Positions 35,067-49,335 of a stretch of 64,000 bases of DNA are shown here, piece after piece (within the stretch, counting starts at the first letter, position 1; every line of letters begins with the position of its first letter). The stretch is taken from contig MU004235.1 in the NCBI GenBank assembly GCA_010405405.1, positions 2,224,506-2,288,505 of the forward strand, read 5' to 3'. Source of the stretch: Microthyrium microscopicum. Its lineage: Eukaryota. A model generated the notes under the pieces. It did not search any database, was not told where the DNA came from, and saw only the letters and a program-made list of their open reading frames with translations. A program made the position numbers and the translations under genes.

Positions 35067-38000
35067 ATGTCAGAAAACGACAAGCCTTTAGAGGCCGACC
35101 GGAAGTATGCTGGTCCATATACGGCACGTCATCCAATTCCAACAGTAAAGCAGTTTATGCAGGAAAAGGACCGGCGACGAGCAGCTTCCAACGCCAACGG
35201 CTCGGGCACAGAACCACAAGAGCCTATTACTGAAGATGATGCTGAAAACAAAAATACACAAGATGGCGCCGAGGACAAAAGCGTGGAAAATACAGGAGAT
35301 GGCGCTACTGACGACGGCTCCGATGTTGATGAAGTAGTGCAAGACACATCTGAAGCAGTATCATCAGAAAAGAATCCCAAGGAACAGAGAAAAGCTATGA
35401 AGAAAAGAAGTGACAATCGAGCGGAGCGGGTTGTTACAGATCCTGTAACGCATCTTCCCATCCGGATCCACGACTTTACCAGCAAGGATCTGAAAGAGGA
35501 GACCAAGGATGAGAACTTTCAGCAGAAGGAGTATGCAAGAAGTTCATCCGATCTGGCTGCACATGACAACAAACCGGATTCGGAGATGAAAGATGATGCG
35601 GCAAGGGGTCAAGTAACGCATCGAGAGATGGAGCGGCTGTTTCCACCACCAAACTTTGACAGGATGCAAGTCCAGATGTCTAGGGTAAACGTGGTGGGAC
35701 TTGCCGTGGTCGGATTTACCGCGACCTTTGTGACTACGATGCTCCATTCAGTACTCAGGCCGGAGAAACTCAGAAGTCATCTAGAGTCCTGGGGCATCAT
35801 GTCTGCAGACGACCACGGACATGTAGCTTCATATTTGCTCTTTTCCCTGGTTTACATAGGATTCGCAGCATTTGTTGCTGGACTAGTTTGGCTCATTCAA
35901 AGCTGGAATGTTAACAGAATTAAACATATCTGGGACTCGGCAGTCTGGGATGCCGAAAGGAAAAAGGGACACGAACTTGCTCTTGAGCCTACCCCGGAAT
36001 CGACCCACTGGCTGAACTCCTTGATGGCTTCTATATGGCCTTTGATTAACCCTGATCTGTTCATAAGTCTTTCTGATACTCTGGAGGATGTAATGCAAGC
36101 GAGCTTGCCACATCTCGTTCGCATGATATCTGTAGACGACATTGGCCAAGGTAGTGAAGCTTTTCGCATTTTGGGCATCAGATGGCTACCAAAAGGTGCA
36201 GCCAGAAAATCTGTCACTTCGGATGGCAAGCTCTCAAGAAAAAAGACAGATCTGAAAGACAGCGACCGCACCGTACCGGGCCAGGGATCCGTTCAAAAGC
36301 CCGAGAACTCGAAGAAGGAAGAGGAAGAGCCCAAAGACAAACGCCAGAAAGATGAACAAGATGATGAAAATATTGCAGAAGGAATGGAAGCTGAAGAAGG
36401 CGATTTCATCAATCTTGAGGTTGCATTTGCTTACAAGGCACGACTCTCCGCGCATGGGATGAGAACACGGTCTAGAAATCCTCACTTGTACCTGGCGTTT
36501 TATCTACCTGGAGGCATCAAACTCCCCATCTGGGTCGAACTTCGGGGACTCATTGGCACTATGCGATGCCGTCTCCAGCTCACTCCAGATCCACCATTTT
36601 TCCAGACCTGCTTATTGAGCTTGACTGGCCAGCCAAAAGTCGATCTTTCATGTTTCCCTCTTATTAAGAAGGGTCTCAACATTATGAATCTTCCTTTGAT
36701 CAGCAACTTCGTACAAAGCAGCGTCGATGCTGCCTTGGCAGAATATGTCGCACCAAAATCACTAACTCTTGATCTGAAGAATATGCTTATGGGAGATGAC
36801 TTCAAGAAGGACACTCTGGCTCGAGGTATTGTCAAGATACACATCAAGCGAGCCAAAGATTTTAAGCAAGGTGATGCTGGACTTGGGCCATTTAAAGACG
36901 GTTCATCTGATGGATATGTCACAATTGGCTGGTAGGTTTACCACTGAAAATCCTTTGGTTCCTATTCTAACAACTTTCAGGGCAAAATTCGGAAAGCCAA
37001 TCTGGTCAAGCAGGGTCATTACAGCCGACATGAGTCCTGTCTGGGAGGAAACTGCATACCTCCTTGTTACTCCTCAAGAGATCAATGTGCAGGAAAAGCT
37101 ACGAGTGCAGCTTTGGGACTCGGATCGTTTCACTGCTGATGATGATTTGGGTCGCATCGAAGTTGATCTTGCTGACATTATGCAAGGTGACAAGACCAAA
37201 GCTAAGATGATGGACCGTGAGGACGGCTTTAGATCATTGAAAGCCGGAGAGAAATATCCGGGCACCTTGGAATGGAGTGTGGGCTATTATGCAAAAACAG
37301 AATTGACGGACGAGCAACTTGCCAATAGCGATTCCGATATGCATTCTATTGCAGATGTCAAGCGAAAGGTTGAAGAAGAAAGCAAACGAAAGCTACGAGA
37401 AGCAACAAAAGACGAACACGACGAAATAGAGCAGATCAAAGCTCAAGACTTCAAAGAGAAACAAGACGAGCTTATTATCAGCGCCCCACCATCTTCAGAA
37501 TATCCAAGCGGAATTTTGTCTATTGTTGTCCATCAAATCCAAGGACTGGAACTGGAAACGCTGAACAAGGAAGAAGGAGATAAGGAAGAAACAGCTCCTG
37601 ACGAGAAAGAAGAAGGCGGTGATCTTCCAAGCAGTTATTGCAACATTATCCTCAATCATCAAAAGATTTACCGCACTCGGACGAAACCAAAGAACTCCCG
37701 GCCATTTTTCAATGCTGGAACAGAACGATTCATCCCATCCATACAAAGTGCTCATGTTCACATTGCTGTACGAGACCAGAGAGTTCACGAGGATGACGCC
37801 CTGATTGGTATTATTGATTTGCCTCTATCTGAAATATTCACCAAGCGATCTCAAGTGGAAGGAACCTGGCCGTTATCTGGCGGCATTGGCTTTGGATACG
37901 TTAGGATCAGCATGGTCTTCCGATCTGTTGAGCTCAAAGCACCAAAGGAGGCTCTGGGATGGGACTATGGAACACTCGACATGGATCGATCCATCAGGGG

Positions 38001-38768
38001 CAATGTAGCGGAAGATCTCAAGGGCTGTCGTATCAAGCTGCGCACCAATTTAGGTGCTTGCAAGTTTGTGAATGAAGATGGGACCTGGAAATCAAAGAAA
38101 GACAGGCCAGTTCGCCTGGCCGTCAAAAGTCGATATTCAAGTTGCTTGGTCGCCGAATTCTACTCCAGTTCTTCGTTATCAAATAGCACCTTGGCTTTTG
38201 GCATACTCTGGCTGAAGCAGATTCCCGACGATGAAGAGACAACTATGACCATGACTGTTTGGAAAGGCGACATGAAAAGAGCACAAGCAAATTATATGGA
38301 AGAATGTGGAGAAAAGGTTGGAACCATTGAGCTCAAGCTAAAATTCTGGAGCGGACTCAGCGGTTACCACGTCAAACTTGCTAAGCGCGATTCAAACGTT
38401 GAAGATGTCATGGATGTTCTCGACTGTGCAGCAGACGATGCCGATACAGAAGATCTCAAGGACGACGATGACTCTAGTAGTGATGATGATGCTAGTTCGA
38501 AGGCACTCGAGGAAGATGGAAAGAGAGGTGTGGTTACCGAGTTTCAAGATTACAAGAAACACCACAAAGAACTGCATAGGAAGAACAGAGGTCTCATGCA
38601 GTGGAAGGTATGGAACAAATTCTCGCTACTACTTTTGCATACTAACATGATGGGCAGATACCTCGTACCATGAAGTGGGCTCAACGAAAGGTGGATCATG
38701 CCAGTGACAAGATTTCTGGGGTCTTTAACCATCATGAAACGGGCTCCGCAGTCGAGACAGAGGTTTAG
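35067..38768 (+). CDS. mug190: SMP + C2-domain tricalbin-related membrane-contact protein (Mug190-like)
   Basis: YTARHPIPTV and VTDPVTHLPI motifs, two TM helices, SMP (PESTHWLNSL...WPLINPDLF...LEDVMQASLP) and C2 (QLWDSDRFTADDDLGRIEV). Introns near 36932-36980 and 38608-38657; ends VETEV*. Confidence 0.88.
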
Positions 38769-40680
38769 CACATAGCATCTCTTTGCTTGAATCTATAATA
38801 TCAGTCTTTGGAAGAGGTTTAGTACATATCATCTTTCTACTTGAATATTCAATACCAGCACAGCACATAGAGAGTAGGAAATAAACAACGCGTTGGAAGA
38901 CCTTGTTCCAATGCAGCAATTTCGCGGGTCAAAAACTTGAATCTGAAGCAGTTTCATGACGCTTTTACAATGAATGAGAATTGGATTTATTGTACTCCGC
39001 ACAAGTCGCTGCCGCAAAGTGCACCAAGCAAGGCACATATGAAAGCATGGAGCTCGTAAGTCACACACAGAAAGGATTCAAAATAGTAGCAGTGTCGATC
39101 AAATAAACCGCTCGGAAAATCTAACGAGTCTAATGAAAAGCAGCAAGTACAGTCCTAGCTCAGCGCTCGTCCATAAAGAGCGTCGTCAGCTCTTTAATGC
39201 TCGATATATATCTTAATCGGGAATATAATGCTGCTCTTATTGGTAATGGGATTCTGAAAAAGATGGCATAGAGTGTCAAAGGGCACGAAGCTATCGGAAA
39301 GGTTCCAGAGATTAGATTCTTTTATTTCTCCCAGGAACACACTGCTTTGCAAATGATCTCCACGTTATTGTACTCAGAATGATCTACTGTGGAGTTTGGA
39401 AGCCCTGTCGAAGAATGCAATCAAAGTAGCAGTAAGCGCAATGAGTGCAATAATACCACTTAGCAACAAAGTCAAGCTTCTGTCACTTGATAACGTGTTA
39501 TACATACATCCTTGGCAAACCAAATTTACGTCACACGCGCTACGACAACACAGACCTCGAAGGAAGAGGGACAGGCCTCCGTGGGATAACAGACTGCGTA
39601 ATGGGTGGTTTGCCTCTAAGCCCTACACTGTTGGCTCCAGGGACGTAGACTTTACGATCATGAGCGCGGGTACCTGAGCGCTGAACATGCTTAGACAGGA
39701 ACATCGAGTACGGAGTAAAGGATTTACTGTTATATGATATTATGATATCACTCCATGAAAAGTGCAAAGTTCGAAGATCTTGTCTTGAAATGGATAAACT
39801 TGATTCAGCGGGCCGCTGTCAACGGAAACTTTCATATGTGCAACTGTATTTGGGGCTAATGTGCTCCAAGGCTTGCACGAGTTCATTCCTAAACACTGTT
39901 ATATTCCGGGTGCGCATGCTATGTTTGGGGGAGTATAGATAGAAAGAGTGGAGTCAAAAATGAGTTTCATACTCAAGAATTCACGTAGCTGTTGTTCAAA
40001 TCAAATGGCTACCCATCATTTCGTGTATGTTGACACCCAATGTAGTTTGTCGAAGGTAAGACAGTCCCGAATATCCGTTACAATTCAGGACATTGCTTGA
40101 CTACAAAACTCAAGGAACCCATTAAATTCATCTGACCATAAAACATGACGATATTTGGCACGGGCATGAGATGATCCTTACTCGAACATGCATGTGCGCT
40201 TGGATCAGTACCATATACTGCTAATCATTCTCCTCACCCAATTGGTTTCTCGCCGCACATACAGGAGATGCAATATATTACCTTTGACCGGATTCGTCGG
40301 CGAGATGATAAGTTCCAGGTAGGTTCGCCGTTGGTTGCGAGCCAGCATGGGAATAATGAGGCATGAGCCTATGGAGAACGGTCATAGCCCATTGAACTAC
40401 GAATAATGAAAATTGGTTAACCTGGTGTGATCAAATTGCTGTATAAAGAGCCTTGTCGACTCACCCGTCAGCAATTCCTTTCTTTTCAACTTTCCAATAT
40501 CATCATCACACGACCATACAAAATCCAGCCTTTCGTTCTTCAAAGTACTCAGCATCTTCATCAACTTTCACGACTTCCAATACCATATATTTTCTAATAC
40601 CAACAAAACTTACACCGTAAGATATGCTCAAGAGCTGTACCAGGAAGTCATTCACTAACATTATGAAACAGACATTCAAA

Positions 40681-40983
40681 ATGAAGTTCACCATCGCTCT
40701 CATTGCTCTCATCGGCAGCGCTGTCGCCCAAACATCCGTCAGCTCTGCCGCCTCCAGGGCCTCAACCAGTGCCGCCTCCAGCGTTTCCTCCTCCGCCAAG
40801 TCTGCTGCCTCTTCTGCTGCATCCTCTGCTGCCAGCTCTGCCAGCAAGGCCGTCACCAGCTCTGCTGCTCACGCCAAGACCTCCGCTGGAGCTTCTGCTG
40901 CCTCAGCCAAAGCTGCAGGTGCTGCCGCTACCGGTGTTCCAGTACTGTTCGGTGCCGCCGCCGCCGCTCTTGCTCTCCTATAA
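40681..40983 (+). CDS. Small secreted Ser/Ala-rich, putatively GPI-anchored protein
   Basis: MKFTIALIALIGSAVAQ signal peptide, S/A low-complexity core and hydrophobic C-terminus. Strong codon bias, TATAAA at about 40443, and a 5'UTR intron around 40617-40672. Confidence 0.85.
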   Translation: MKFTIALIALIGSAVAQTSVSSAASRASTSAASSVSSSAKSAASSAASSAASSASKAVTSSAAHAKTSAGASAASAKAAGAAATGVPVLFGAAAAALALL

Positions 40984-42358
40984 ATGTTGAACTGAATTGG
41001 AGCTTTCAGCGAACGGGGTTAAGGGTGGTCGCATGTAGATGAAGATGATATTGGTACACATGTCACTGGACAATCAAGATGGTGACAGAAGGATACTGTC
41101 AGTCTAGTTCCTGGAGAATGATCTGTAGTTTGGCTGGGATGTTTGCGTTTGCATACGGACTCTGTATATAATAGTTGCCCTTTATGGGTGTTGTGATCGG
41201 CTCAGCAAAGCTGCTTATCCTATAGACCGGGAGATTTCGTTTGAAATGACACTACTTGAAACCTTACTGCTGATTTCCGTTGCATTACTTACCTGTGATT
41301 TGTGAGACGGTGTATAACCATTCTCTAAAATCTTTGATCGAATTCAAACCATGTCATTTTGAGTTGAAATTGGATCGAAATGTCAACTCTCGTGATTTCC
41401 CTGCGGTAGATCATAAACTCCACAGCCAAGCCGTATCTCGGGGAATGCAATCAACCCTCAAAACAGCTGACGTATGGCAATATTCGGTAAATCTACCACG
41501 GCTCCACAGGAACTCTACCTTCGACCGAGTAGGTGGGCCGATCCTGCGTATCCCCTGGAGATTAGATATTGCCCAATCTAAACTTTTGCAGGTAGATTAC
41601 GGATACCAGTACAATCCTCACATTGACCACGCAAATAACTAAGAACATTTTCAAGGTTTGAATGCTGGCTAAGTGACGTGAGAGGAGTGGAATCTGCTCA
41701 CCATCATGAGAATCATGTAGGTACTCAATCGTCTAATTCCAAGATTTTCGAGGATAATATAACTGTCATGCAGGGAAATGTCATAAAAAAAGTTTCCAGG
41801 GCAATCAAATTTCTTGGTACACTAACAAATAACCAGAGCGCTATATGCAGTGGAGTATATTACCGTAAGTAATCATAGAGACGTAGGATCACACTAACAG
41901 CGAGCTGTATATTTCACCAGTCAGAGTTTAGCATGGTCTCTTTACTCACAGAAAGCGCTTCTTATCGACGGAAACTGGTTAGGAAATTGTAAGTTATTTT
42001 AGCGAACAACGATACCAATAGAAACAGAAAGAAAGAAATGTCATTACCATTATCATCGTGTTTGTGGTAGAGCAAACGTGTTCACCACGGTTCACGATTT
42101 TTCGGTCCCAAGATACGTGATGGCCAACCAAACTTGAACGTTTGTACAGGGTCAAATTTCCCCCCTTCAGGTACAAGCCAGTATCGAACAGATTTGCGAA
42201 ACCTGGGAGTTTTAAAATTGACTGATCGAACACGATGGACGCCAAATGATGCGATGGGAGCCACAAATTCCGAAGACGATATCTCCCTGAGTTTTATTTT
42301 CAAGGAATTCCAACGAGGTTTTGGATATTGTCAGATATGTGACCAGACAAGATGAAGA

Positions 42359-42845
42359 CCATGAGAGGCGATGGGAGCCAGATGCTATGATAACATGATC
42401 TCACTGGATACTAATTTCGATGAAAATAGCAAATATGAGGTCAAGATTTTGAAAGAATCAGCAAACTTCAGGTCGTTCTTTGAAACACGATCGAATATGA
42501 TCGGCGCCATGAGATGCAATGGGAGCCAGATGCTGTGATAAATGATCTCACTGGATACTAATCTCGGTGAAAATAGCAAATTTGAGGTCAAGATTTCTGA
42601 AGAATTAGCAAATTTGAGGTTGTTTTTCGAAACACGATCGCATATGATGGGCGCCATGAGATGCGATGGGAGCCAGCTGCTATGATAACATGATCTCACT
42701 AGATACTGATTTCGACGAAAATAGCAAATTTGAGGTTGAATTTTCGAAAGAATTAGCAAATTTGAGGCTGTTCTTCGAAACATGATCGAATATGATGGGC
42801 GCCATAAGATGCGATGGGAGCCATAAGATGCGATGGGAGCCATGA
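42359..42845. repeat. Tandem array of three ~148-bp units plus a terminal 19-bp duplication
   Basis: Units begin CCATGAG/CCATAAG at 42359, 42507, 42654 and 42802 (periods 148/147/148). Each contains ATGGGAGCCA, GATCTCACT(G/A)GATACT and two AGCAAA..TGAGG-type subrepeats. Confidence 0.92.
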
Positions 42846-43076
42846 ACTCCGATACCAATGTCTACTAAGTCACAAATATTGCGTTCACATGCAAAGAAAA
42901 CGGAAAACTGGGTTGAAAATCACAAAAATTTAGCTTCTAAACATTAAATTACATGTCCAAAATCCTTCCCTCCCATTCCATAACCCCTCCATCGCGATGC
43001 AAAACCAAAAAGCAAAAAATCAAAACGGAGTGGATGGCAAAGATCGCACTCGATGGCAAATACAAGAGTTGCTCCT

Positions 43077-43412
43077 TCAGGAGGAAGGAGACAACGCAGC
43101 GCGGTTCCTCTGAGCTCTTCGCTCAGTTGGGGTCTTGTGGCCCCTGAGGCCCTTGAGTGGAAGGTACACCTTGGTGAGGCCCTTGAGCTTGATGGTGACC
43201 TTCTCTGCCTTCTTGGGGTGGCAAGCCTCAAGAGCCCTGTCGAACTCCATGCACTTGGCTTTTTTGATAATGGCATTGACCACGCGGTCGGTGCCTTCCA
43301 ACATGTAGTCTTGGACTTCCTCATCTGGCTCTTTGTCAGCCTGTCGCACCAGCTCTTTGACGCCATGGAGGGTGTGGAGGAGCTCCTTGGCGGTGTAATC
43401 TTCGTATTGCAT
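43077..43412 (-). CDS. Orphan 111-aa protein (acidic N-half, Lys/Arg-rich C-half)
   Basis: Intronless ORF MQYEDYTAKELL... with C/G-ending codon bias and an upstream minus-strand TATATA near 43688-43693. No recognisable family. Confidence 0.55.
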   Translation of the reverse strand: MQYEDYTAKELLHTLHGVKELVRQADKEPDEEVQDYMLEGTDRVVNAIIKKAKCMEFDRALEACHPKKAEKVTIKLKGLTKVYLPLKGLRGHKTPTERRAQRNRAALSPSS

Positions 43413-43422
43413 GTTTGCCAAG

Positions 43423-43600
43423 TGATGTGATGGGAGATATGTGATGTGTTGTTGAAGATGTGATCTGATGTTGACCACAAGATGCGTTGTTGGAGATGAA
43501 GTGCGTTGGCTGAGATGTGATGTGATGTTGGAGATGAAGTGTGTTGTTTGAGATGTGATGTGATGGATGCTGTTGGTTGGTTGTGTGGTGTGATGTGGTA
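43423..43600. repeat. GATGT-based low-complexity repeat in the putative 5'UTR of the orphan ORF
   Basis: Many GATGTGATGT and GAGATG units. Confidence 0.7.
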
Positions 43601-43707
43601 GTGAGATCTGTTGCTAGACTGTCAGAAGTTCAGTGAATGGAAAGCTGGAGAGAAGAATAGATCGATAAGCCGGAGGGATCGTGTTACTATATACCCGTCA
43701 ACGTACA

Positions 43708-44090
43708 GACGTGATGTGCAGTACCAAGAATTGAACATTGCACGACTGATGTGCTGTACCAGACTTGACGATAGCTAGAGGACGTGATGTCCAGTACCAA
43801 GAGCTTGAGGACATGGCCGACGTGATGTGCTGCGTTAGAGCACGGCAGAATATGACAAACGTGATGTGCTGTACCAGACTTGACGATAGCTCGAGGACGT
43901 GATGTCCAGTACCAAGAACTTGAGGACATAAACGACGTGATGTGCTGCATCAGAACACGGAATATGACAGACGTGATGTGCTGTACCAGACTTGGGGATA
44001 GCTAGAGGACGTGATGTGCCGCATTAGAGACTCGACAGCATATGACAGACGTGATGTCCGCACCAGAGCTGAGTGATGTTGGTCCAGGCA
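43708..44090. repeat. ~38-bp periodic array with a GACGTGATGT core (about 11 copies) and ~113-115-bp higher-order structure
   Basis: Core at about 43708, 43744 (variant), 43781, 43819, 43858, 43896, 43934, 43970, 44008, 44048 and 44081 (variant). Spacer types recur in a 3-unit cycle. Confidence 0.9.
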
Positions 44091-45996
44091 GTCAGATGTC
44101 GTGAACCACAGTTGACTCGTTCACGCTAATGATTCTGTCGTTGGTGTGCCCGAACGACACGCCCGCCTATACATTCCATCAACGACGATAGCTCCCATCC
44201 GCCACTATGATTTGGGCAAACCGCAGTCTCCATGTAATGCGATGGGGCTAGAACTTCACAGGGCACTAGATTGAATCCGGATGAGTCGTTACTACCTGGA
44301 TATCTAAGGTGTATTGAAAGGAAGCATTTACAACGGTTACATTTGCCGGTGGTTATTTTGCCATCATCTGCTGGCCATTACAAGGCACAAGGCAATAGCG
44401 CTTTGGACTACGTTTTCTGATCAGACCAAGACGCTAAGGAGACTTACAATAGGCGAAAATACTTGTTCCATGCAATCAACCGTGGTACTGATGAATGAGC
44501 CACGCCAATGGTAGCTGCAAACTGACCAGATGAATGGTCACTGCGCGATTACAAAGGCGACAGGAACAAAAATTGCCTGCAATGAACCACATCTCAGTCA
44601 CACCGGCTTTGGCAAGATACTGTCAGAAGAACAGGGCGTGGAAATCAGCGTTGCGCTTATCGCGAGGAAAAGTTGATTGCAGGGACTTCATAGTCCACTC
44701 CCCCCAAAGGGGGGAATGGCCCATTTCATGGTTCAGATGCTAGATTACCACAAAACTTGATGCTGCGCAGATTTATTTACACCACTGATGTGTGAGAAAG
44801 CGTTTGATGGCAACGCGAACTCGATAGTAAGCATCATGCTGGATGAGAGTGAACTATTCATCTTGTTCACGGCCTAAGTATTCATCTTCAAACACCGATT
44901 TCGACGTGCAGAATTTTTGGTTTTGTTTTGGGCTCCAGACCGATTCATCCCACAGTTGGATACTGTAGCGCTTCTTTGCCCAATATTTTGACATGGCGAA
45001 TAATAAGTGAATGAATAGAATGGAAGAATTGAGATGAAGATAGAGATGGAGGCGCTAGAGATGCGTACCGCGCTTGCCCATTCTCGGATTTTATTTGATC
45101 CGCGCCAAACCGCGCTAGCCGGCGCTAGTGTTGGTAGAAATATCTTCCAGTTTTGCAACTCTCTTCTTCTCTTTTCTTTCATGAACAACGCAAAAAAACC
45201 ACACTCACATAAAAGCATTTTCGATTGAGACCTATATTGTCCATGAAAGCGAGAATCGTCAGCTGAGTGGAGAGCAATCCGAACGGAATATGGCAGACCT
45301 TGGGTGCGGTAGCATTCCTTTTCAAATGAACGTGAGCGCAATGGTCGGCCGGACATATCAAACTTTTTCATCGCCTATGGGTGATCTTCTCTTTAGCAAC
45401 ACGTTTTCGATTACTCTGTATTTGCCGCCAAGGTATGTGATCGCTAAGCGGAACGTACGAGCTGTGGCGATGCGCCAGAGACTTTTCATCAGGCGACGAC
45501 AGTATGATGCTGCCAGACCAACAAAGCAGAGGCTTAAAGGGTGCAGCGATCTTTAAGCACTAAGATGTCAATACGATAAACCTAGAAAAGAACTGATATC
45601 GAGTAAGCGATCACAGGTGAAATGTACAAAATTAAAACAGAGACATCAAGACCAATGGTGGCCGATTTGACCACTACACAGAACATGAACCATTATGAAA
45701 TACGGGTATATTAGCCATCTCAGCTATGATACATTAAAAAGCTCGTCTCGAATTTAAGAAGGAATATATACCTTCATTATTCAGCGTCAAGTGAAACGTG
45801 AAAAGACATGTGGAGCCAAAATTGATGCCAAGATTTCACATTTCCGTGATGCGTGGGGCACTTCAATTGTTGTCGACTCCTTCCGCACCACTACCACCAA
45901 CAACCAGCCAAATCTCCCTCCCATTTCCTTCACCCACCGCGCCACTCGACTCTCCGAAATCAGCCTTGGAATCGTCAGGATATTCACGCGCCCATC

Positions 45997-47400
45997 ATGG
46001 CTGTCTCCACTAACACCCTTCTCATTGAAGGCCCATTTGAGGAACTTGCCGACGAACTCGCACAATTCATTGACGAACAAAAGAAAGAGGGCGACGAGAA
46101 GATACAGCCCGCAGTACAAAAGCTTTTGGAGGATGGCAAGAAGGAAGATGCGCTTAAGAAGCTCGTCTCTCAAGCCGTTGTGCTGAACAGCGCTCCTGAA
46201 AAAAGTACGCACAATTGACTCGATATTTTGCTTGAATTCCGCATACTGATATATTCTCAACTTACAGCCATCATACCTGCCTACAACCTTCTTCTACACA
46301 TTGTACGGCAAGCTCCAAACCCAACCATGTTCTATTCGAAAATATGCGGTAACCTATCTCAGCCTATGCCTGGCCAACAGCATGGCTCAGGTCTTGCGTT
46401 GACTGTTCTCGAAACCATGTTCAACATAATCCCAGCCGATGACGATGCTAGGTTCCACGTATTCATGGCAATACTCTCGGTCATCAAAAATACCAACAAC
46501 TACGATGCGCTTAGACCCCAGCTCGACTCTCTAAAAGAATGGCTCGCTGCCTGGGACATTGATGAAGAAGACCAGCGCAAACTATACCTCACAATTGCTG
46601 ATATTGCCAAAGAATCCGGCGAGGACGAAGACTCGTACCAGAACATCATCAAAGCCCTGCGCACATTCTCCGCCGACGATTCCTCCAGCAAAGAAGCCCG
46701 CGATCTCGCTCTCTCCGCCCTCAAAACATCACTTCAGTCCCCCACACACTTTGACTTTCATGATCTGACGACTCTCGATGCTGTGCAGGCGCTCCGCAAA
46801 TCTGATGCCATATACTTTGAGCTACTCGAGCTTTTCACCACGGACACATACGAAGATCTCGCAGATTTTCAGGACGAGCACGACGGTTGGCTTGACGCGG
46901 AGAAATTCGACAAGGAGCTACTAACCCGCAAAATCCGCCTGCTCACTCTCGCATCTATCGCCGCTTCTACCGGTCAAAAGCGCGAGTTGCCGTACAGCCA
47001 GATCGCCAAGGCGCTCATGATCAAGGAGGAAGATGTCGAGATGTGGGTCATTGACGTGATCCGCTCAGGACTCGTGGAAGGCAAACTCTCGCAACTCGAC
47101 AAGACATTCCTCATCCACCGCTCAACCTACCGCATCTTCGGCGAGAACCAGTGGCGTGAGATCGCAGCTCGTCTGGATATGTGGCGCAATAGCCTGTCTA
47201 GCGTGCTCAAGAATGTGCGCGCCGAACGTGAAGCGTTTAGGGTACAGAAGGAGCAGGAGAAGAAGGAAGCTGATACGAAAGAGCGTGATAGAGAGGGCCG
47301 ACGGGATGGTGGACGAGGTGGATTTAGAGGTCGAAATATGCCTATTCGTGAGCAGCAGAAGCCCGTGGATCTACCACCGATTGACCCAGAGGCTGATTAG
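45997..47400 (+). CDS. EIF3M: Translation initiation factor eIF3 subunit M (PCI domain)
   Basis: MAVSTNTLLIEGPFEELADELAQFID N-terminus; PCI domain RKIRLLTLASIAA...YSQIAKAL...VEMWVIDVIRSGLVEGKLSQ. One intron near 46205-46268. Confidence 0.93.
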
Positions 47401-47661
47401 AGGTGTGCGGCTGAACTCATTCTTTCTATTCGTGTAGTTTGTTAGACCGTCCTTATGCATAAATCGGGGCCAAATAGCCAAAACAATGGAAAACGGCTTG
47501 TGGGCATTATGACGACAAGAAATGAATGAAAAGGGGGGCATTAATTCCATCGTATCCCAATGATCTATATCTAAGTATGTGTGCTCTCGTCCCTAGGTGT
47601 AAGAAAAAGGAGAACTGCTCAAGCTATACGCACTCATACGCAAACAACCCATTTTACATCT

Positions 47662-48786
<1,125 letters not shown>

Positions 48787-49335
48787 GGAGTTTGAGGAGA
48801 GAGAGAAGTGAGGCAGAGAGTAGAAAGTTGGCGTGGGCGAAAAAGAAGATGCACGAGGGATGTGCTGGTGCTTTAGAGCCAGGCTTTGATTGGCCAATTG
48901 TTGAGATATAATTCTCGTGAGATGGCCAGATGATCACGATCCAGGATAATTTAGAAATGATTATACTTACAGTCTTTCGAATATGCTTCCAAGGCGAAGG
49001 CCTAGATCATTTGAAATAGTCTGGTAGCAAAAGGGAGAAGAGACGGTCTGGTTCCGACGGTGGAGTTCATGAGAGCCAGCATAGAGTACAAACTAAAACC
49101 ACCACACGCTACAATACTCTGGAGCTTATAATGTTACTACGGCTTGCATAAAATCGGCGTTTGATTGATTTAAAGACTGAGTGATAAGTCCAAGAGATTC
49201 ACGGTCTATCAACTAGTAATAGTAGTATGAACAACCATCAATGTGATGAGCAAACCTGATAATGCCCATAAACAACGACAGCAGTTGAGTCCGTATATTC
49301 CCGTATCTTATATTCAATGTTTTCCAACAGCCGAT

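Noticed and set aside
41280..41872. 120-aa and 64-aa ORFs between the GPI gene and the repeat cassette
   Set aside because: Non-ATG starts and no recognisable homology or splice structure.
42385..42858. 157-aa minus-strand ORF
   Set aside because: It is a translation of the 148-bp tandem array, changing frame with each unit; not gene-like.
43708..44090. CRISPR-like repeat-spacer periodicity
   Set aside because: Eukaryotic context, a core of only 10 bp, spacers that recur cyclically rather than being unique, and no cas genes.
49170..49260. Possible C/D snoRNA (TGATGA...CTGA)
   Set aside because: The boxes are only 6 nt apart, with no terminal stem or recognisable rRNA guide.
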